From contig CAVYBH010000015.1 in NCBI GenBank assembly GCA_963766715.1, positions 352,001-416,000 of the forward strand: a DNA stretch of 64,000 bases, given 5' to 3'. The notes under the pieces were generated by a model that worked only from the letters and a program-made list of their open reading frames with translations, did not search any database and was not told where the DNA came from. Source of the stretch: an uncultured delta proteobacterium (GTDB taxonomy: Bacteria > Myxococcota > Myxococcia > Myxococcales > Anaeromyxobacteraceae). Below, in pieces: positions 55,475-64,000 of the stretch; position 1 is the first letter of the stretch; each line of letters begins with the position of its first letter. The translations under genes and the position numbers were made by a program.

Positions 55475-56782
55475 CTAGCGCCCCGCCGGCGCGTCCGCCG
55501 CTGGCCTTTCGGAGGGCGTCCCAAGCCTCCGCCCCACCTCCCGGGCCCGGCGCATGTCGGCCGCGCGCTCCCGGATCTCGGCCAGGTCGCGCTGCATCGC
55601 GCTCCATCCGTCCCAGAGGGCGTGGTCGGGGCTCTGGTGGAACGCGCCCTGGAAGGTGCGCATGCGGTGCTCGGAGAACATCACGAAGAGGCGCTGCTCG
55701 ACGACCGACGGCGAGTCGTGGAACTGGAGCACGCTGGGGTAGTCGTAGGGCTGGTCCTTCGACCGCCGGAGGAGCCCGTCCCGGTAGAGCGCGGCCACGA
55801 TCTCGATGGCCTCGGCCATGAGCCGGTCGGCCTCCTGGATCGACCGGTCGCCCCGGCGCAGGTTCGAGGACGCGAAGCCCTCCGAGTGGCAGCCCTTGCA
55901 GGTCTCGAGCATCCGGGTGCGCTCGGCCTGCCACTCCTCCTGGGTCAGGCGGGCCATCCTCGCCGCCTTCACCACCTCGAGGAGCGTGGTGGGCTTCCCG
56001 GCCGGGTCGAGGACGCCGAGCGCCTTCAGGATGGTGACCTGGTCGGCCTTCCACCGGGCGTCCTCGGGGAGCGGCAGCCGCACGCCCAGGAAACCCCAGG
56101 CGGTCACGACGCCGTGGTCGCCTCCCTGCATGTGGCAGGTCTGGCAGGTGGGCGCGGACGCGTCCCTCGGCAGCGCGCCCAGCCGCACCAGCTCGTGGCG
56201 GACCCCGTGCTTGGAGGCGTCGTACATCTCCCACTGCGCGTGGTCGAAGCCCATGTGGCAGCTCTTGCAGGCCTGCGGCTCGCGGGCCTCCTTCACCGAG
56301 AAGGTGTGGCGGGTGTGGCAGGAGGCGCAGGCGCCCGCGCCGTAGCCGCGCCCCGCCACGCGGGCGATGGCCTTCTCGTCGGCCTCCTCCTTGAGCCCGA
56401 TGGCGTGGCAGCCGCCGCAGCCCTGGAGACCGTCGGTGAAGACCGGCGGCTGGTAGTGGAAGGTGGGCATGGCCATCATGGCGGCCCAGGCCAGCGCGTG
56501 CTTCGACCCCTGGTACTGCTTCATCTGCGCGGGGTGGCACCGGGCGCAGGTGGCGGGCGCGGGGAGCCTCGCCTTCGAGGCGTCGGTGGCCGCCTGGTGC
56601 TCCGCGCCGTGGCAGCTCTCGCAGCCCACCGCGACCTCGGCGTGGCGGGAGAGCTTCCAGTCGGAGACGATGCCGGGCGTGCGGGTCGCGTGGCAGGCGA
56701 CGCACCGGGCGGTGACGTCGGAGACGGCGGGTGCGGCGGCGAGCAGGAACGCGACGGCGGCGGGGACGGCGGCGGGCATCAT
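55475..56782 (-). CDS. Octaheme cytochrome c, hydroxylamine oxidoreductase-like
   Basis: CVACH, CESCH, CARCH, CGGCH, CASCH(TRHTFS), CKSCH(MGFDH), CQTCH, CKGCH; C-terminal GAFHQSPD. Confidence 0.85.
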   Translation of the reverse strand: MMPAAVPAAVAFLLAAAPAVSDVTARCVACHATRTPGIVSDWKLSRHAEVAVGCESCHGAEHQAATDASKARLPAPATCARCHPAQMKQYQGSKHALAWAAMMAMPTFHYQPPVFTDGLQGCGGCHAIGLKEEADEKAIARVAGRGYGAGACASCHTRHTFSVKEAREPQACKSCHMGFDHAQWEMYDASKHGVRHELVRLGALPRDASAPTCQTCHMQGGDHGVVTAWGFLGVRLPLPEDARWKADQVTILKALGVLDPAGKPTTLLEVVKAARMARLTQEEWQAERTRMLETCKGCHSEGFASSNLRRGDRSIQEADRLMAEAIEIVAALYRDGLLRRSKDQPYDYPSVLQFHDSPSVVEQRLFVMFSEHRMRTFQGAFHQSPDHALWDGWSAMQRDLAEIRERAADMRRAREVGRRLGTPSERPAADAPAGR

Positions 56783-56814
56783 CTCGGTCGTCTCCTCGGG
56801 AAGGGTGAACGTTA

Positions 56815-57390
56815 TCACCGGCCCGGGGGCGAGAGGGTCGCCACCACCGCCACGGCCTCCCCGGCCGCGACGACCGCCATCGGCTGGCCCTGGGCCCCGT
56901 CCGCACGCAGGGTCTCGCCGGCCTGGAGCCGGGTCCCGCCGGCGTCGAGCGCTCCCTCGAGCAGGTGCAGGAGCACGGTCGCCGCAGGGGGGAGGTCGAC
57001 CCGCGAGCCGGCGGGCATCCGCAGGATCTCGAGGCTGCCCACGGCCGCGCCCCGGGCGACCATGAGGTTCAGGTCCCGGACCGGGCCGTCGACGAGCTCG
57101 CACGAGGCGCGCCACCCGCCGTCGAAGGTGAAGGGCTCGAGCGGACGGTCGAGCCGGCGCGACGGCGCCTCCGCGAAGTGGAGGACGAAGCCCGCGACCC
57201 TCGAGCAGGAGGATGTGCCGGTCGTACCCGCCGAAGTCGGAGAAGGGTCCGGAGGCGGCCACCTCCGCGATGCTCAGGCGCCAGAGGAAGCCGGCCGGGC
57301 CGCCGGGCTCCGCCGCGATCTCGGTCGTGGTCCCGCCCCCGTTCCTCCAGGGCATCCGCCGGTAGTCGGGGGGAGCGAGACGGACGACGG

Positions 57391-57394
<4 letters not shown>
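56815..57394 (-). CDS. HutD/Ves family protein (frameshift near 57195)
   Basis: MPWRNGGGTTTEI, WRLSIAEV, GPFSDFGGYDR, DLNLM. Confidence 0.8.
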
Positions 57395-59058
<1,664 letters not shown>

Positions 59059-59173
59059 GGCGGGGCGGATACTTTCCACGAAGGCGCCCCGGCCGCAAGG
59101 GACCGCCGGCCCCCGGCTTCCGATCGGGGGAAGGATCCGCTAGTTTCCCGGGTTCGACCTCTCGGAGCGGCGC

Positions 59174-59492
59174 ATGGGATTGCTGGATTCACTGGGATTC
59201 GGACGCAAGGACGAGGGCAAGGGCGAGGACGCCCCGGCCCGGCCCGCGCCGGCTCCCGCCTCCGTCCCACGCCGCCCATGGCGGCGTCTCCTGGGCGCCC
59301 CGGATCGACGCCGGCGAGTGCCGCGGCTGCGGCACCTGCATCGACGAGTGCCCGGCCGGCGTCTTCGCCATGGGGCGCCACGACAAGGGCGCCCGGGTGG
59401 CCCGGCCGCAGGACTGCCGGGCCACGTGCGAGCTGTGCGCCGCCCGCTGCCCCGAGGAAGGGATCTCCTTCCCCGGGCGCGGCGGCCGCTAG
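59174..59492 (+). CDS. Ferredoxin-like 4Fe-4S protein (frameshift near 59290)
   Basis: CRGCGTCIDECP and CRATCELCAARCP in the shifted frame. Confidence 0.7.
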
Positions 59493-59505
59493 CCCTGCCC
59501 CGCTG

Positions 59506-61780
59506 CTAGGTCGACGCGCCCTCGAGCACGTCGCGGTGCTTGCGGAAGGCCGAGTAGCCCCAGGCCAGGAAGGCCAGCTCGGCCACCAGCACGATCACCA
59601 TCCACATCACCACGGGTGAATCGCCCATCCCGTAGGAGTGCATGCCGGTGGTGAGGACGAAGTTCACGCCCAGGTAGGTCATGAGGATGGTCTGGAAGGC
59701 GGCGACGCTGATGGCCGCCACCAGGAACTGCCCGATCATCTTGTCGACCTTGGCGTGGAGGATGGCCATGTAGCAGAGGAAGGCCACCAGCGACCACACC
59801 TCCTTGGGATCCCATCCCCAGTAGCGTCCCCAGGACGAGGCGGCCCACATCGACCCGGTCAGGATGCCGGCCAGCAGCAGGATCGAGCCGACGAACATGT
59901 ACCAGTAGAGCAGGTCGTAGAGCCGGTCGATCACCTCCACCCGGGCGGGCGCGAAGATGGTGAAGCCGATCTGCATGTGCGCCACCACCAGGCCGAGCGC
60001 CAGCACCGCGTACCCCACCATGATGATGGGCACGTGGATGGCCAGCCAGGGCGTCCCGGCCAGCACCGGCGCGATGGGGTGGATGAAGCGGTCGATGGGC
60101 AGGAGGTCGGTGAGCGCCATGGTGAGCGCGCTCATCACCGCCGCGTTCAGCACCACCACCCGGTTGCGCATCACCGCGTAGGCGATGACCGCGAAGAGCC
60201 CGACGCCCCAGGCCAGGAAGAGCATCGACTCGTACATGTTGGCCGCCGGGATGCGGTCGCCGGCGCCCCAGCGCAGCAGGATCCCGTAGGTCATCATGGC
60301 GAAGCCGCCGAGCAGGATGCCGAAGGCCGCGCCGTCGAGGAGCTTGCTCCGCCGCACCCAGGCCACGATCGACACCACCAGCGCGACGAGCAGGATGATC
60401 CAGGAGAGCCGGACCGGGTTCAGCTGGTTGTAGCGGATCTCGAGGTCGATCTGCTCGGCCGAGGGCCAGCCCGGAAGGCGCGGGCCGGCCATGAGGAGGA
60501 AGAGCGCCTCCGGCGCCAGCGGATCGGGGACGTTCCACTTCGCGGTCGGGTTGCCGGGCGGCGGGAGCGGGCGCAGCGCCTCGCGGTTGAGGAAGGTCTG
60601 GAGCCGCATGAGGCGCGCCTCCAGCTTCTCGGCGTCCTGGGTCACGCCGGTGCGCGGGCGGCCCTCGCCCTCGGCCTGGCGGGCCGACTCCATGAGCTGC
60701 AGGGCCTTCGGGATGCGCACGATCTGGAGGAACGAGGCGTGGGTGGCGCCGGCCGGCAGGCCAATCGCCTCGGCCAGCGCGGCGCTCCCCACCTTCACGA
60801 TGGGTGCGTTGGCGGCCGCCTGCGGGTCGAAGAGCCAGCCGGTGGCGGTGGCCACGGGGTCCTCGCCCTTCCAGGCGTAGTCGCCGGTGACGTTCCAGAC
60901 CGCCTCGCGGGCCAGGGTGTCGAGCGGCATGGTGCGCCCGTCGTGCTGCACCGGCAGCCGGCGGAGGGTGTCGGCGGGGCTGGCGGCGAGCGCCGTGCCG
61001 GACGAGAAGCGCGAGCGCCAGCGCGGCGGCGGCCTTCCCCGCGCCCGAGCCGCGGCCCTCCTGGGCGGCCCGCTCGCGGGTCTGCCCGATGCGGGTGAAG
61101 AGCACGATGATCATGCCCAGCACCAGCGTGATGTAGCCCGCGAAGACGACGTTCTGGCCGGGGTCCTTCGACACGGACAGGACGGTGGCCTCCCGGCCGC
61201 GGTCCTGCTGGTAGCTCGACTGGAAGAGCGTGTAGCCGCGGTGCTGCAGCGGGTTGTTCATCCAGATCTTCGCGTCGTACACCGTCCCGGTGTCGAGGTC
61301 CCGGACCTTGACGATGCTCTTGAAGCCGGAGGGGCGCATGGTCCCCGGGTAGGTCTCGAGGACGAAGTCCTGGAGCGTGACCGAGAAGGGCAGGTCGTGC
61401 TTGCTCTTCACGCGGTTGTCCCGGTCGACCTCCACGATCTGGCTGCCGGTCTCCCCTTCCCAGATCCCGAGGTTGCCCTCAATCTTGAGGAAGTAGGTCA
61501 TGGCCGAGCCCGCGAAGATGAGCAGGAGCGAGGAGTGGAGGACGAGGAAGCCGACCCGCTTCTTCCCCCAGGGGAAGAGGTCGGCGAGCGACATCGCCAC
61601 GTTCACGGCGAAGAGCCCCTGCAGGATCAGGAACCACGGCGCGTAGTACACGAGCCGTCCAGCGGCCTCGACGCCGGATCGCGACTCGATGATGGTGCCA
61701 GCCGCCAGCCCGACGAGCAGCAGGACGAGCAGGATGACGGCGAGCTTCAGCGACGCGAGAAAACCGAGGAACGTCTTCAT
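59506..61780 (-). CDS. ccsA: System II cytochrome c synthase, ResB/CcsB plus CcsA, probably fused (frameshift near 61005)
   Basis: LASLKLAV, LHSSLL, MNNPL...FQSSY, DPG; then NMYES, WLAIHV, WGRYWGWDPKE, GMHSYG. Confidence 0.85.
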
Positions 61781-61873
61781 CGGAACCATCCTGGCTGCGG
61801 GTGCGGGACGACGACCCCGTTGGGGCGTCGAAGGCGGCGGATTTTGCCACCCGTAACCGGCGCAGTCGAGGGA

Positions 61874-62326
61874 TTAGTCCCCGGAACGGGCCACGGCGAC
61901 GACCACGGCCTCCAGGCGGCCCCCGGGGCGGTCCACCACGACGTCGTCGCCGACCTCGCGGCCGAGGAGCGCGCGCCCGACGGGCGAGTGCGCGCTGATC
62001 CTTCCCCGGCGCGGATCCGCCTCGTCCGGCCCCACGATCCGCCACGTCGTCCGCGCCCCCGAGCCCTCCTCCACGGTCACCCAGGTCCCGAACCCCACCT
62101 GTCCGTCCGGCGCGGACTCGGGTCCGAGCACCGTGAGGATGGCGAGCGTGGCCTCGACGACCGCGGCCTGCGGATCCCCGGCCGCGCGGAGCCGGGCGAG
62201 CAGCTCCCGCAGCTCGGCCTGCCCCTCGGGCGTGACGTAGCGGATCTCTCCGGGCGCGAGCCGCGGAACGGCCCGGATCACCGGCCCGGTGTCCGGCGTC
62301 TCCTCGCTGGTGAAGGCCTTGCTCAG
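61874..62326 (-). CDS. GreA/GreB/Rnk-family factor with short N-terminal domain
   Basis: SKAFTSEE, YVTPEG, VGFGTWVTVE, IVGPDEAD, ISAHSPVGRALLG; apparent CTG start overlaps the napB stop. Confidence 0.75.
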   Translation of the reverse strand: MSKAFTSEETPDTGPVIRAVPRLAPGEIRYVTPEGQAELRELLARLRAAGDPQAAVVEATLAILTVLGPESAPDGQVGFGTWVTVEEGSGARTTWRIVGPDEADPRRGRISAHSPVGRALLGREVGDDVVVDRPGGRLEAVVVAVARSGD

Positions 62327-62780
62327 GGCTTGAAGTCGTTTCCGACGAGGGGCTTCGCGGGCGTCGCTTCCACGTGACAGGAGACGCAGACATAGCGGGT
62401 GTCGGAGACCTTCGCTCCGGCCCGTTCGGGCGCGTTCCGCAGGTCGACGTAGTGGCTGCCGGAACGGGCGTCGGTCCGCCCTTTTCCTTCGCCGCGACCC
62501 CGTGGCAGGCCAGGCAGGCGTTCTCCTTCGGGGTGATGGGAACCATCCCCTCGAGGCCGTGCGGGATGACCGGCGACACGCCCGGGTAGGAAGGCCTCGG
62601 GAGCGGCGCAGCACCCGGCGCGGAATCGTTCACCGAGAGCTTCGGAGGAACCGGGGTTTCCAGCACGGGTCCCTTCTGGAGGCCGAGGCCAGCGGCCGGC
62701 ATGGCCGCCGGAGGCGAGGAGGTCGCGCAGGCGGCGAGCCACACCAGCGCCAGCGCGCTCGACAGGGCTTTCGTCGTCAT
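62323..62780 (-). CDS. napB: NapB-like diheme cytochrome c (frameshift near 62460)
   Basis: PVIPH, NACLACH, SHY, RYVCVSCHV, PLVGNDF; follows napA. Confidence 0.85.
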
Positions 62781-64000
62781 GGCGTCACCCCCGCCGTGGC
62801 CACCGCCTTGTAGACCTTCACGGCGCTCTTCTTGAAATCGGTCTCCTTCGAGATGGGATCGGTCGCGTCCAGCGTGACCCGGTTGATGAAGACCCCCTCG
62901 TCGAACCACGGGACGTAGACGTAGCCCCGCGGCATCCGGTTGCGGCCGCCGGTCTCCACCCGCGCCATCACCTTTCCCCGGCGCGATTCCACCCAGGCCA
63001 CGTCCCCGGGCCGGAGCCCGCGCGCGGCGGCGTCCTTCGGGTGCATCCAGAGCAGCGCCTCCTGGACCGCGGCGTTGAGCCAGGGCACGCGGCGGGTCAT
63101 CGACCCCGAGTGCCAGTGCTCCATCACGCGCCCGGTGCACATCCAGAGGTCCCATTCTCCCCCGGGGCTCTCCGCCGGCGCCGCGTAGGGACGGAAGAAG
63201 ATCTTGGCCTTGCCGACGAGGGACGTCTTCGTGGGCGCGGTGACGAGGTCGAGGTTGCCCGTGGGCAGCGACTTCATGGCCATCCCGTAGAAGTCGAACC
63301 CGCTGCCCGGCTTCACGTACGGGTCGAAGGCCTCGTTGAAGCGCCAGGGCGTCTCCTTCCACTTGCCGGTGCCCTTCTCCTGCACCACCGGCCAGCGCAG
63401 GCCGCGCACCTGGTCCCCGAGGTAGACGTCGAAGGGAGCCAGGTCGTGGCCGTGGCCGCGCCCGAACCAGGCGTACTCCTCGAAGAGCGCCTTCTCCGGG
63501 AACCAGTCGATCCCGGCGGCGACCACGGTGGAGTTGGGCTTCCCCGCGGCGACCGCGTCCGGCCACTTCACCTTCCGGTTCTCCGGCGTGGCGAAGAGGA
63601 CGTCGTACAGCGTGTCGGTCCGCCGGATGCCGGCGCGCTCCGCGTCGGCGAGCACGTCGGGGAGGAAGCCGTCGTCGTACCCGTCGGCCTTCAGGCCGGG
63701 GACGGGCTGGCGCCCCCAGCACTCGCCGATGGTCATCCGCTTGCAGAACTCCATCATCTGCCAGACGTCGCTGCGGGCCTCGCCCGGGGGGAGCACCTGT
63801 TGCCGCCACATCTGCGTGCGCCGCTCCGAGTTCCCGTAGCCGCCCCATTTCTCGAAGATGAAGGCCGCCGGGAGGATGAGGTCGGCCACCTTCGAGGAGA
63901 GGGTCGGGTAGACGTCGGAGACGACGATGAAGTTGTCCATCTCCCGCGCGGCCGGGACCCAGTGGTTGGCGTTGGCGGTCGACTGGAACGGGTTGGTCAC
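62777..64000 (-). CDS. napA: Periplasmic nitrate reductase catalytic subunit, C-terminal part
   Basis: YGNSERRTQ, LFEEY...GHGHDLA, RGLRWPVV, TGRVMEHWHSGSMTRRVP, TLDATDPISKETDFKKSAVK. Confidence 0.92.
   Translation of the reverse strand: MTNPFQSTANANHWVPAAREMDNFIVVSDVYPTLSSKVADLILPAAFIFEKWGGYGNSERRTQMWRQQVLPPGEARSDVWQMMEFCKRMTIGECWGRQPVPGLKADGYDDGFLPDVLADAERAGIRRTDTLYDVLFATPENRKVKWPDAVAAGKPNSTVVAAGIDWFPEKALFEEYAWFGRGHGHDLAPFDVYLGDQVRGLRWPVVQEKGTGKWKETPWRFNEAFDPYVKPGSGFDFYGMAMKSLPTGNLDLVTAPTKTSLVGKAKIFFRPYAAPAESPGGEWDLWMCTGRVMEHWHSGSMTRRVPWLNAAVQEALLWMHPKDAAARGLRPGDVAWVESRRGKVMARVETGGRNRMPRGYVYVPWFDEGVFINRVTLDATDPISKETDFKKSAVKVYKAVATAGVTP

Overview
Very GC-rich chromosomal window. Gene content and organisation suggest an Anaeromyxobacter-like Myxococcota member (inference). 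Frameshifts break about half of the genes, including essential prfA and murA, so I treat them as sequencing or assembly errors and reconstruct genes across them. From left to right: a partial histidine kinase; a TMTC-like TPR membrane protein; two tandem lipoprotein OmcA/MtrC-like decaheme cytochromes; fadJ-fadI; hemerythrin; a CxxxxCH multiheme cytochrome; ParB-like protein; lipocalin; ABC transporter; Rsm22-like methyltransferase; rnz; M3 peptidase; gpsA; a type III PKS/methyltransferase/ACP/FAAL/oxidoreductase cluster; clpB; a divergent sigma54 promoter pair; truA; polyprenyl synthase; a futalosine menaquinone cluster; SPFH plus RHH regulator; prfA-prmC-murA-hisG; a Mo-oxidoreductase; an HAO-like octaheme; ettA; ccsBA; napB and partial napA. 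The best novel-system candidate is the cytochrome locus at 428-8460. Both decahemes have collagen-like Gly-X-Thr stalks, a permuted 1+5+4 heme layout and a conserved repeat-containing 5' leader, and they sit next to a putative protein O-glycosyltransferase. Other highlights are a candidate sigma54-dependent sRNA, an apparent MqnA-MqnC fusion, a 34-bp operator before SPFH, and many apparently leaderless genes. No rRNA, tRNA, CRISPR array or mobile element was recognised.
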